Below, piece after piece: positions 55,803 through 64,000 of a stretch of DNA of 64,000 bases (the stretch's first letter is position 1; the number at the start of each line of letters is the position of its first letter). The translations under genes were made by a program, and so were the position numbers. Below the pieces are notes generated by a model. It was not told the DNA's origin. It did not search any database and saw only the letters and a program-made list of their open reading frames with translations. The stretch is from assembly GCA_021736525.1 (NCBI GenBank), contig JAIPFR010000001.1, positions 891-64,890 on the forward strand, written 5' to 3'. This DNA comes from Spirochaetia bacterium. GTDB lineage: Bacteria > Spirochaetota > Spirochaetia > JABMQR01.

Positions 55803-57863
55803 TCAGTTTTCCTGGTTTTCTTTTGACTGTTTTATTACGTCCTCAACCACTTTTCCCGTAGCAATTTCATAATGGTGAAACTCAAGTTCAAAAGAGCCTG
55901 TTCCAGAAGTCAGTGATTTCAAGTCTATGGCATATCGAAGCATTTCACTCTGAGGCACCTCTGCCTGCACCAGGGTAAGTCCGCCGCCGATATCTTCCTG
56001 CCCGAGAACCCGGCCTCTCTTGCCGCTCAAGTCAGAGAGTATATCACCAAGATAGTTATCTTCAATAAAAACGCTCAGCTTCATGATAGGTTCAAGAAGT
56101 ACAACATTTGCTTTGACAATTGCAGTCTTTAAAGCCCCTTTTGCAGCAAGCTTGAAAGCCATTTCAGAACTGTCGACCGGGTGCTCTTTACCGTCAACTA
56201 TCGACACCCCGATATCAACTAGCGGGTAACCGGCAAGGTAGCCTTCTTCCATTGCTTCCAGAAGGCCCTTCTCTATACCCGGCATGTATCCTTTAGAAAC
56301 TGATCCGCCCTTAATGACATTCTCAAAAGAAAAGAACTCCCCTCTCTCAAGAGGCTTGATTTCTATAATAACCCGACCGTACTGACCATGGCCTCCAGAC
56401 TGTTTTTTATGTGTATACTCTGCCCCAGATGGTTTTGTAATAGTTTCACGATATGCAATTCTGGGAGTCCTGGTATTGATTGAAATTTTCTGTTTTTCCA
56501 TAATTCGATTAAGAATCATGTTTATATGGAGTTCTCCCATACCGGAAACAACATTTTCTTTTGTCTCTTTATTAAAGCCCACCTGAAAAGTAAGGTCCTC
56601 TTCCATAACCCGGTGCAGCGCTTCATTCATCTTGTCTTCGGATTTTTTATCGGCTGCTGATATTGAAAGGGTGTGAATAGGATGCGGAAGAGCCAGGGAC
56701 TTGAATGTGTAGGACAACTCAGGGGATGACAAGGTATTGTTAGTGCCAAGATGAGCAGATTTTGCTATAATTCCAATATCGCCTGCGGCAAGCTCCCTTA
56801 CCTCTATCAGTTTTTTCCCGACCATGCGATACAGCTTACTTGGTTTTTCTTTTTTTCCGACTGCGGGATTATGAAGTTCGCAGTCAGTGTTCAGTCGGCC
56901 GGTTACAACTTTTATGAAGGAAAGTTTTCCGGAAAACTGGTCAATAGTTGTCTTGAAGGAAAAAAGTGAAACTCCGCCAACCGGGTTTACAGGGATTTCA
57001 ATTTCTTCGTCTTTTTTGAGGGCATGCTCAATCTTGACATCGGGAGAGGGTGCGGCTATGGCAAGGAAGTTCAGGAGAGAAACAATTCCTGTATCAGTTT
57101 CTGCACTGCCGCAAAGTACCGGAACAATTTTATTATCTTTCAGCCCGATAATAAGTCCCTGACGTATTTCATCAGGAGTCAAGGTTCCTTCTTCAAAATA
57201 TTTCTCCATCAGGCTGTCGTCACCTTCTGCAGCTGATTCAATGAGAGTCAGTCGGTATTCCTCTACAGTCTCCAGCATATCGGCTGGAATATCAGTTGAT
57301 CCGGTCTCACCTATCAAGTATGCGGAATTTTCAATCAGATTGATAATTCCTTTATAGGAACTTCCCGATCCTATCGGGATAGAAACTGGCACACAGGTTT
57401 TGCTGAACCGTTCACTGATGTCAGAAAATGCAGCGTGGAAATCTGCCCGGTCAATATCCATCTTGTTTATAAAAACAATTCGTGACATGTTCCTGTTATT
57501 CAGACGTCTCCAAAGCTTTATAGTTTCTATCTGGACGCCGGCACGGGCATCAATGACCATCAATGCAGATTCTGTTGCTCTGAAAGCTGAAACAACCTCT
57601 CCCACAAAGTCAGCAGTTCCGGGAGTGTCAATAAAATTCATCGTTTTATTGGCCCACTCGAGACTGGCTAATGAAGCATGAATTGATAAGCCCTTTTCTA
57701 TCTCTTCATCGGTGTAGTCACTTACGGTTTTTCCGGAATTAACAGATTCCGCCCGGGAAATCACACCACTGTTGGAAAGTATATGTTCCAACAGGGAGGT
57801 TTTCCCAGTGCCGTTGTGTCCTACAATTGCCACATTTCTGATATCAGCGCTGGTTAAACTCAT
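55803..57863 (-). CDS. EF-G family translational GTPase, divergent paralog (EF-G2-like)
   Basis: Five-domain EF-G architecture, 686 aa. G1 motif is GHNGTGKTS rather than AHIDAGKTT; NKMD G4 present; GGAGG RBS 4 nt upstream. Confidence 0.75.
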   Translation of the reverse strand: MSLTSADIRNVAIVGHNGTGKTSLLEHILSNSGVISRAESVNSGKTVSDYTDEEIEKGLSIHASLASLEWANKTMNFIDTPGTADFVGEVVSAFRATESALMVIDARAGVQIETIKLWRRLNNRNMSRIVFINKMDIDRADFHAAFSDISERFSKTCVPVSIPIGSGSSYKGIINLIENSAYLIGETGSTDIPADMLETVEEYRLTLIESAAEGDDSLMEKYFEEGTLTPDEIRQGLIIGLKDNKIVPVLCGSAETDTGIVSLLNFLAIAAPSPDVKIEHALKKDEEIEIPVNPVGGVSLFSFKTTIDQFSGKLSFIKVVTGRLNTDCELHNPAVGKKEKPSKLYRMVGKKLIEVRELAAGDIGIIAKSAHLGTNNTLSSPELSYTFKSLALPHPIHTLSISAADKKSEDKMNEALHRVMEEDLTFQVGFNKETKENVVSGMGELHINMILNRIMEKQKISINTRTPRIAYRETITKPSGAEYTHKKQSGGHGQYGRVIIEIKPLERGEFFSFENVIKGGSVSKGYMPGIEKGLLEAMEEGYLAGYPLVDIGVSIVDGKEHPVDSSEMAFKLAAKGALKTAIVKANVVLLEPIMKLSVFIEDNYLGDILSDLSGKRGRVLGQEDIGGGLTLVQAEVPQSEMLRYAIDLKSLTSGTGSFELEFHHYEIATGKVVEDVIKQSKENQEN

Positions 57864-58099
57864 AGGTCCTCCGTGTACTTTATGGGATTATGTTTAATAG
57901 GAATGACTATTATGCATATCCCAATTTCCTAGTTATTTATTTTCTGCATCTTAACAGTCAGGAAAGAGACGGCGCAAATGCATTAAAACACTGTAAAACG
58001 GGTTGAGGGATCTGTCAACAATATAATCCATATCAGAGATTATCAGCAAATAATAAAGGGGAGACATCAGATAACGGTATAAATGGATATATTTTACAG

Positions 58100-60136
58100 C
58101 TACAGAGAACCCTCCTTCCGGGAAAAATGCGAAAACTCCATGGCAAAAGTACCCCGCCCCTGAGTCATACTGCGCAAAGCTGTCGTATACCCGAACATAT
58201 TAACCAAAGGAATTTTTGCGGTTATATGATCAAGTACTGCTTTACTTTCCATGCTTTCTACAACTCCGCCTTTCATCGACAGATGACTCATCACTTCGCC
58301 GATATTTGGTTTGGGACACATAATATCGACTTTCATTATTGGTTCCAGGAGTATGGGGTCAGCTTTTCTGCAGGCATTATCGAAGCCGATAGCAGCTGCC
58401 GCCTCATAGGCAAAAGTTGTTGCAGTCAGCTCGCTGTAATCGGCCTCGACAAGCTCCACTTTAATGTCATATGCAGGATATCCATAGCGAATACCTGTCT
58501 GGAATGCGTTGTGAACTCCTCTTTCAACGGCTTCCTGAAATTCGACAGGCAGTAATTTATGAGAAACGTGCGAGATATAGATGTTTCCGCTGCCAGTCGG
58601 GAGAGGAGAAACTCTCAAGGTAATCTCTGCCCGATTTTCTTTGCCTGCGAGAAGCTTTGAAAATTTTTCAGTTAATACCACTTCCCGGCTTATTGACTCA
58701 CGATAGGTTACCTGCGGATTTCCTATCCGGGCTTCTACTTTCATCTCCTTTGTAATGCGGGTTACCAGCACATCAATATGCAGCTCTCCCATACCGGATA
58801 TTATCAGCTGCCCGGTGTCGGGATTTTCCTTGTAAATAAAAGTAGGGTCCTCACGGGTGAGAATTTCCAGGGCTTTTTTCAGTTTGTCCTGGTCTGAGAT
58901 AGTTTTAGGCTCAATAGCAACTGATATAACCGGTTCAGGAAAAACCATACTCTCGAGAAGCACCTGATATCCTTCCGAACCGATAGTGTCTCCTGTCTGT
59001 GCATATTTCATCCCCACAGCAACACCTATATCGCCGGATTCCAGAAAGTCGACAATTTCCGGTTTATTGGCATGCATGCGGAACAACCTGTTTATCCGCT
59101 CCCTTTTTCTTTTGGAAATGTTAAAAACAGCAGTACCCTTCTTTATTACCCCGGAATAAACACGGAAAAAGCAAAGCGGACCAGATTCCCTGTCGTTCTG
59201 AATCTTAAAAACAAGGGCCAGGGGAGGGCCGGCAGCATTATGGGTAATCTTCACCGGTTCTTCGCTTTTTACTGAAATTCCGGTAATTGCCGGGATCTCC
59301 TCAGGTGAAGGCAGATAGTCGATTATGCCGTCGAGCAGACATTGTACTCCGACATTTTTCAAGGAGGCTCCGACAAAAACCGGAATGCACTGCTGATTAA
59401 TAGTTGCTTTTCTGATGGTCTTCTTAATCAGAGCCAACGGTATTTCTTCTCCATTCAAGTAATGTTCCATTATTTCATCAGAAAAGTTAGAAAGGAGATC
59501 AAGGGCATGAGTATGCCATTCCCGGGTTTTTTCCTTCATTCTGTCAGGAATCGGAAGGAAGTTCATTTCGCTGCCGAAGTTTGTTGCTTCAAATTCAATT
59601 TTATGCATCGATAGAATATCAATTATCCCGGAAAATTCCGATTCAGCCCCATCAGGGATGAAAAGAGGAAGCGGTTTTGCGCCCAACTTCTTTTCCATCT
59701 CCTCGATTACGCTATAGAAGTCGGCACCCAGCCTGTCCATTTTATTGATGAAGGCGATGCGCGGGATGTGATAGGTATCGGCCTGGTGCCAGACTGTTTC
59801 AGACTGCGGTTCAACACCACCTACGGCACAGAAAACGGCAACTGCACCGTCAAGAACCCTGAGTGAGCGTTCTACTTCAGCGGTGAAGTCGACATGCCCG
59901 GGGGTGTCGATAATGTTTATTTGCACATCTTTCCAGAAACAGGTTGTTGCTGCAGAAGTTATGGTAATTCCGCGGTTCTGTTCCTGTTCCATCCAGTCCA
60001 TGGTGGCTTCTCCGTTATCCACCTCGCCGATTCGATGGCTTTTACCGGAGTAAAAGAGTATTCGTTCAGTAGTAGTTGTTTTTCCGGCATCTATGTGTGC
60101 CATAATTCCGATATTTCTTGTATGATGCTTTGGCAT
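58100..60136 (-). CDS. fusA: elongation factor G
   Basis: Canonical [33 protein letters not shown] and full domains II-V. Start at ATG 60136 (AAGGA 6 nt upstream, [11 protein letters not shown]); in-frame alternatives at 60172 and 60196. Confidence 0.88.
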   Translation of the reverse strand: MPKHHTRNIGIMAHIDAGKTTTTERILFYSGKSHRIGEVDNGEATMDWMEQEQNRGITITSAATTCFWKDVQINIIDTPGHVDFTAEVERSLRVLDGAVAVFCAVGGVEPQSETVWHQADTYHIPRIAFINKMDRLGADFYSVIEEMEKKLGAKPLPLFIPDGAESEFSGIIDILSMHKIEFEATNFGSEMNFLPIPDRMKEKTREWHTHALDLLSNFSDEIMEHYLNGEEIPLALIKKTIRKATINQQCIPVFVGASLKNVGVQCLLDGIIDYLPSPEEIPAITGISVKSEEPVKITHNAAGPPLALVFKIQNDRESGPLCFFRVYSGVIKKGTAVFNISKRKRERINRLFRMHANKPEIVDFLESGDIGVAVGMKYAQTGDTIGSEGYQVLLESMVFPEPVISVAIEPKTISDQDKLKKALEILTREDPTFIYKENPDTGQLIISGMGELHIDVLVTRITKEMKVEARIGNPQVTYRESISREVVLTEKFSKLLAGKENRAEITLRVSPLPTGSGNIYISHVSHKLLPVEFQEAVERGVHNAFQTGIRYGYPAYDIKVELVEADYSELTATTFAYEAAAAIGFDNACRKADPILLEPIMKVDIMCPKPNIGEVMSHLSMKGGVVESMESKAVLDHITAKIPLVNMFGYTTALRSMTQGRGTFAMEFSHFSRKEGSL

Positions 60137-60254
60137 ATACCATCCTTTTGTCTCTTTGAGATCTGCTTCCATCAGAATGCTGTTACGCAGATACATTCGG
60201 CGCTGATAATAACATAATTCAATACCTTTTTAAAGTGAGATTTGCAGGAAGTTA

Positions 60255-60284
60255 TTGACAAAAAGATAAGCATTGTGCTATGTT
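60255..60284 (+). promoter_or_regulatory. candidate sigma70 promoter upstream of tRNA-Val
   Basis: TTGACA (60255-60260), 18-nt spacer, TATGTT (60279-60284), about 70 nt upstream of the tRNA 5' end. Confidence 0.3.
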
Positions 60285-60356
60285 CTCACTCGTTGATCGG
60301 CAGATGCTTCCTGATTTTATCTTTGTGGATAATTGCTGTATCATTCTGAAAAACAC

Positions 60357-60429
<73 letters not shown>

Positions 60430-60450
60430 AATCTATTTTAAAGGAAAAAA

Positions 60451-60478
60451 CCGGAACATTTGCTTCCGGTTTTTTTTA
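60451..60478 (+). terminator. Rho-independent terminator after tRNA-Val
   Basis: CCGGAA-CATTTGC-TTCCGG stem-loop followed by TTTTTTTT. Confidence 0.7.
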
Positions 60479-60497
60479 TGCCGGGTTTGCAGCAGCT

Positions 60498-60527
60498 TTG
60501 CAGTTATCCAACATTCTATGGTATAAT
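60498..60527 (+). promoter_or_regulatory. candidate sigma70 promoter (extended -10) of yggS
   Basis: TTGCAG (60498-60503), 18-nt spacer, TGgTATAAT (60519-60527), 16 nt before RBS GAGGAG and ATG 60544. Confidence 0.5.
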
Positions 60528-60543
60528 TTTCGAGGAGACTAAC

Positions 60544-61236
60544 ATGAGTATTCAAGATAACATTATCAGAATCCGACATGAAATAGAGCTTATTTCGCGG
60601 GCTTCAAAAAGAATCCCCTCGGAAGTTACACTCATGGCGGTAACAAAAAAGCAGAGCATCGAAGCCGTAGCTGAAGCATTGGCAGCCGGTATATCCTGTT
60701 TTGGAGAGAACAGGATTCAGGAAGCTGCCGAGAAGTATGCCGGCCATCCAGCACGTACCATGCTTCATATAGTCGGTCATGTTCAAAGTAACAAAGCTGC
60801 CAAAGCTGTTGAACTTGCTGACTGGATTGATTCGGTTGATTCCTTGAAACTGCTGAAAAAGATTGACGGAGCTGCCGGTAAACTGGGAAAGACCGTACAG
60901 GTATTATTCGAATACAATATTTCAGGAGAATCATCAAAATCCGGCTTTGAAAATGAGGCTGATCTCTTCGAAACGTTGGAGTTTGCTGGAAAGTGCAAAA
61001 ATATCAGCCCTCGCGGCTTGATGACCATCGGGCCTCTTTCCGACAATCCCGAAAATATAAGAAACTCGTTTATCCGAATGCGCAGCATTTTTGAAAAGGC
61101 AGTTCAGCGCTATCCTCAATATCAGTTAGATCAACTCTCAATGGGAATGAGCAACGACTGGAAGATAGCTGTTGAGGAAGGTTCAACTTTGATTCGGGTA
61201 GGAACAGCTATTTTCGGGGCAAGGACGCAAGAATGA
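60544..61236 (+). CDS. yggS: YggS-family pyridoxal-phosphate homeostasis protein (PLPBP)
   Basis: Start at ATG 60544 (GAGGAG 7 nt upstream). AVTKKQSIEAVAEALAAGISCFGENRIQE with PLP-Lys, 230 aa; ORF-track extension overlaps the terminator. Confidence 0.85.
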   Translation: MSIQDNIIRIRHEIELISRASKRIPSEVTLMAVTKKQSIEAVAEALAAGISCFGENRIQEAAEKYAGHPARTMLHIVGHVQSNKAAKAVELADWIDSVDSLKLLKKIDGAAGKLGKTVQVLFEYNISGESSKSGFENEADLFETLEFAGKCKNISPRGLMTIGPLSDNPENIRNSFIRMRSIFEKAVQRYPQYQLDQLSMGMSNDWKIAVEEGSTLIRVGTAIFGARTQE

Positions 61237-61604
61237 AGTGTAAAATGCTGGTGACGATGATGATCCTCGCTGTCCTGAGCTTTCCCGTGGTCACAGAAAG
61301 AGGAAACGGCGGCTCTTTATTTGCGGAAGTATCGGGGGGGCAGGTAAACCTTTCCTATTCTCCTTATCAAGCCGAAGAGTTTTCTCCCTGGATGCACGAT
61401 TTACGAAGGGCAGAATCATTGTTTTTCGGATCGCTTCCCCTGACATACGGAATAGTCTCTCTCTCATTTTCCCTTTTTTCTGAATCCGACAGTTTGATGA
61501 CTACGCAGGATTACATCAACAGAGTAGGTGCGGCAGCCCTGTTGTCAGCAGCTATTGCTGTGACTGACTATATTATTGGAATAATTGAGAATGAATCAAA
61601 ATAA
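61233..61604 (+). CDS. small hypothetical protein with N-terminal signal peptide
   Basis: ATGA start/stop overlap with yggS; MKCKMLVTMMILAVLSFPVV signal-like N-terminus; 123 aa. Confidence 0.4.
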   Translation: MKCKMLVTMMILAVLSFPVVTERGNGGSLFAEVSGGQVNLSYSPYQAEEFSPWMHDLRRAESLFFGSLPLTYGIVSLSFSLFSESDSLMTTQDYINRVGAAALLSAAIAVTDYIIGIIENESK

Positions 61605-62616
61605 GCCCTTGAATCAGCCGGTAAAAAAGGAATCTTTCACCGTTGAACTGGGAGATCCATCTTACAGCCCAACAGGAACTCGAATTGATGCCTATATAGC
61701 AGCGGTGCTGCCTGGATTTACCCGGAGTATGATTGATTCGGGCAATTCGGAGATCGTAGTTAACGGAAAAAAAGTTAAGAAAAGCCGTTTGGTAAAAAAT
61801 GGGGATATCGTGGAATTCCAATACACCATGCCGCCGTCTGAACACCTGGTGCCTCAGGATATTCCTCTTCAAATCGTCTATGAAGATTCAAAAGTAGTGG
61901 TGGTCAACAAAAAACAGGGAATGGTTGTCCATCCGGCTGCCGGGAATCACGATGGAACTCTTGCTAACGCTCTTCTGCATCACACTCTAGGGCACACACA
62001 AAGAACTGATGAGTCCGGTGAGTCCTATCGACCGGGAATTGTTCACCGGCTGGATAAAGATACTTCCGGCATAATGATTACTGCAAAAGATACGCAGACC
62101 CATGAATTTCTTTCCAGCCAGTTCAAGAATAGGAAAACAAAAAAAATCTACATAGCCTTGATTAAAGGAATCCCTGCACAGCGAACAGGAACCGTATCAG
62201 CAAGAATCGTCCGGGACCCCCGCCATAGAAAAAAATTTACCGTAACGGAAGATCCTTCAAAAGGGAGAGATGCTGTTACCGATTATCTGGTACTGCGCGC
62301 CTTTTATCCCGGTGACGGTACGGTTTATTCTCTTGTCAGACTTTCACCGCGTACTGGACGCACCCATCAGCTTAGAGTTCACATGAAAAGCATAGGATGT
62401 CCAGTATTGGGGGATCCGCTCTACAGCAGAAAAGATGCAATGTTTCCTGCGGCAAGTCTCATGCTGCACGCACTGTCTCTTACCATTTCCCTGCCGGACA
62501 GCAGTCAGGAGAAAAAGTTTTATGCACCTATGCCGGGTCGGTTCAAGAAAATTCTGGATTGTTTCCTGTCAAAACGTGTTTTGATCCGTGGCGATGAGGC
62601 ATCAGATCGGTATTGA
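61585..62616 (+). CDS. rluD: RluA/RluD-family 23S rRNA pseudouridine synthase with S4 domain
   Basis: S4-like N-region, catalytic HRLDKDTSG motif, GRTHQLRVH motif; 343 aa. Confidence 0.85.
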   Translation: MRMNQNKPLNQPVKKESFTVELGDPSYSPTGTRIDAYIAAVLPGFTRSMIDSGNSEIVVNGKKVKKSRLVKNGDIVEFQYTMPPSEHLVPQDIPLQIVYEDSKVVVVNKKQGMVVHPAAGNHDGTLANALLHHTLGHTQRTDESGESYRPGIVHRLDKDTSGIMITAKDTQTHEFLSSQFKNRKTKKIYIALIKGIPAQRTGTVSARIVRDPRHRKKFTVTEDPSKGRDAVTDYLVLRAFYPGDGTVYSLVRLSPRTGRTHQLRVHMKSIGCPVLGDPLYSRKDAMFPAASLMLHALSLTISLPDSSQEKKFYAPMPGRFKKILDCFLSKRVLIRGDEASDRY

Positions 62617-63190
62617 TAATTTTCTCTATTCCCAAAGTCGTGGGAGTTCCATGTCCCGGAAAAATTATCGTGTTTTCGTCAAAAGGAAGAATTTTCTCGC
62701 GAATTGAGCGAAGCAGAAGAGAGCGTGAAAGAGACGTAGAGGTAGAACCGATTCGACCTGCCATGAGAACATCACCGGTAAAGAGCGCGTCACTGATTTT
62801 ATAGACCATTGAGTCTGAGGAGTGACCGGGAATTAAAAATGCGGAGATATCAAACCCCGCTAAATTCATATGAGAATCATCAGATACAATACGAACCGGA
62901 AAATCATGTATATGAGGACTGTTCGCAAAAATTTCTACATCATAAATCTTTGAAAGAGTTTTGAGTCCCTTGGTGTGAGAAGCATGCCGATGGGTCAGAA
63001 GTACATATTTTATATAATAATTATTGTCTTCAATTAACTTCAGCAATTCCAGATCCATATGTCCCGGATCAACAAGTATCGCCGCTCCTCCGTCGTTATT
63101 GCCGATGAGGTAGGTATTGGAAAAACCGATAACTGAAAAATGGAAAAACAACTTCATTTCAATTCTCCCTGAAAAATAGTGCTTCTTCAA
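62543..63190 (-). CDS. MBL-fold metallo-hydrolase
   Basis: LLTHRHASHTKG variant of the HxHxDH motif, later His/Asp ligands (PGHSSD, GHG); 215 aa. Confidence 0.65.
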   Translation of the reverse strand: MKKHYFSGRIEMKLFFHFSVIGFSNTYLIGNNDGGAAILVDPGHMDLELLKLIEDNNYYIKYVLLTHRHASHTKGLKTLSKIYDVEIFANSPHIHDFPVRIVSDDSHMNLAGFDISAFLIPGHSSDSMVYKISDALFTGDVLMAGRIGSTSTSLSRSLLLRSIREKILPFDENTIIFPGHGTPTTLGIEKIINTDLMPHRHGSKHVLTGNNPEFS

Positions 63191-63767
63191 AGTTAGAGTA
63201 CTTGAAACTGACTTCCTGTCGTTCGGAGAGGTAAAAATCAGCTTTTTTCAAGTTACAGTCTTTAAAAGAAACATGAGAGAGTTTTGAGGATGAAAAATTT
63301 GTATAGTAGAGGTCGGAATCGTCAAAAACCGTATGGGAAGCAGTTATGCCGCTGAAATTGGAGTGCAGAATATCGGACCCTGTAAAAGAACACTCTCTGA
63401 ACTCAGAACCGGCAAAAACTGAATATTTGCTGGTAACTTCATGAAATGTGCAGTTGATAAACGTCGAAAACTCAAAAAAGCACAACTGAATATAGGAATC
63501 ACTGAAATCTATATCCTGGAAAGTTCCGTGAGAAAATTTACATGCATAGAGACTGCTTTTAGACAGGTCGAGATTTGAGAACTCCCCATGCGTGAGGCAG
63601 TAGGATCCTACAATCCCTTTTTCCAAAAGCTTTGCTGCCGCTTCTTGCTGAAGGGATTCCGGGTTTTCAGCATGCTGAAAACAGGTAGTATATTTTGTAA
63701 CTGCAAACTCATTGCATCCAGGATGGCTGCATCGTATAAAATCAAACATACTTAGAAAGGTAATCAA
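63159..63767 (-). CDS. pentapeptide-repeat protein with N-terminal Cys/His cluster
   Basis: Tandem A(D/N)LxF-type pentapeptide repeats across the C-terminal ~150 aa; N-terminus CSHPGC...C..H. Confidence 0.65.
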   Translation of the reverse strand: MITFLSMFDFIRCSHPGCNEFAVTKYTTCFQHAENPESLQQEAAAKLLEKGIVGSYCLTHGEFSNLDLSKSSLYACKFSHGTFQDIDFSDSYIQLCFFEFSTFINCTFHEVTSKYSVFAGSEFRECSFTGSDILHSNFSGITASHTVFDDSDLYYTNFSSSKLSHVSFKDCNLKKADFYLSERQEVSFKYSNFEEALFFREN

Positions 63768-63813
63768 AAAGTTATAGTTGTCAATACCCCTGATTGCATG
63801 TACATTACTCAGG

Positions 63814-64000
63814 TATGAATGATCTTATCGGGATAATTGAAAAAGGTATTAACAACATATATACAGTTCACTCTGAAGGGGGAAACTATCTGTGTCGAAT
63901 CAAGGGAAAAAAGCTTCCCGGCTCTGAAGCAGTCTACAATCCTTTGGCTCCCGGAGATCGGGTAATATTTACCCCGGCAGCACACAGTACGGGGATGATC
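63814..64000 (+). CDS. rsgA: ribosome small-subunit biogenesis GTPase RsgA, N-terminal OB domain, 3'-truncated by window edge
   Basis: MNDLIGIIEKGINNIYTVHSEGGNYLCRIKGKKL...PLAPGDRVIF matches the RsgA N-terminal pattern; frame open to window end. Confidence 0.55.

Overview
This 64-kb window is a gene-dense chromosomal stretch, about 45% GC, with roughly 60 protein genes and one tRNA. Gene content and order (two EF-G genes, hflKC, rpsF-ssb-rpsR-yybS-rplI-dnaB, metG next to a FemAB-family gene) suggest a spirochaete-like or Gram-positive-like lineage, but that is low-confidence inference.

Most of the window is core housekeeping:
- Start of window: a 5'-truncated phosphohexomutase, a Fe/B12-type ABC uptake operon, and proA-proB.
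- 6.6-23.4 kb: an amidase, pncB, proC-serS, trmL-dinB-ddl-murE, hflK-hflC, metG overlapping a FemAB-family gene, and murD.
- 25.6-36.5 kb: rpsF-ssb-rpsR-(yybS-like)-rplI-dnaB, then on the minus strand rpsB-tsf-[terminator, no pyrH]-frr-uppS-cdsA-dxr-rseP.
- 36.5-41 kb: maf, an ABC-F ATPase and an aroD/aroE fusion.
- After 46.7 kb: a dGTPase-like HD hydrolase, nrdR, an ACT-domain protein, a THEP1-like NTPase translationally coupled to yhhQ, an IMPase-family gene, mfd, trmB, two tandem EF-G genes, tRNA-Val(TAC), yggS, rluD, an MBL-fold hydrolase, a pentapeptide-repeat protein, and the start of rsgA.

The least ordinary feature is a tightly packed five-gene minus-strand operon at 40.9-46.6 kb. 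It runs small membrane protein, shikimate-kinase-like P-loop protein, carbon-nitrogen hydrolase, XPB/Ssl2-type SF2 helicase, then a 735-aa (or 730-aa) uncharacterised partner. I regard this as the best candidate for an undescribed system, possibly XPB-Bax1-like.

Other points worth a second look:
- An unlisted 29-aa ultra-basic ORF with a strong RBS at 23596-23685, possibly a bS22-type ribosomal protein.
- A eukaryotic-type UDP-sugar pyrophosphorylase.
- Low-complexity extensions on ribosomal proteins S18, L9 and S2.
- A palindromic operator candidate upstream of aroDE.

No CRISPR array, transposase, integrase or rRNA was found.
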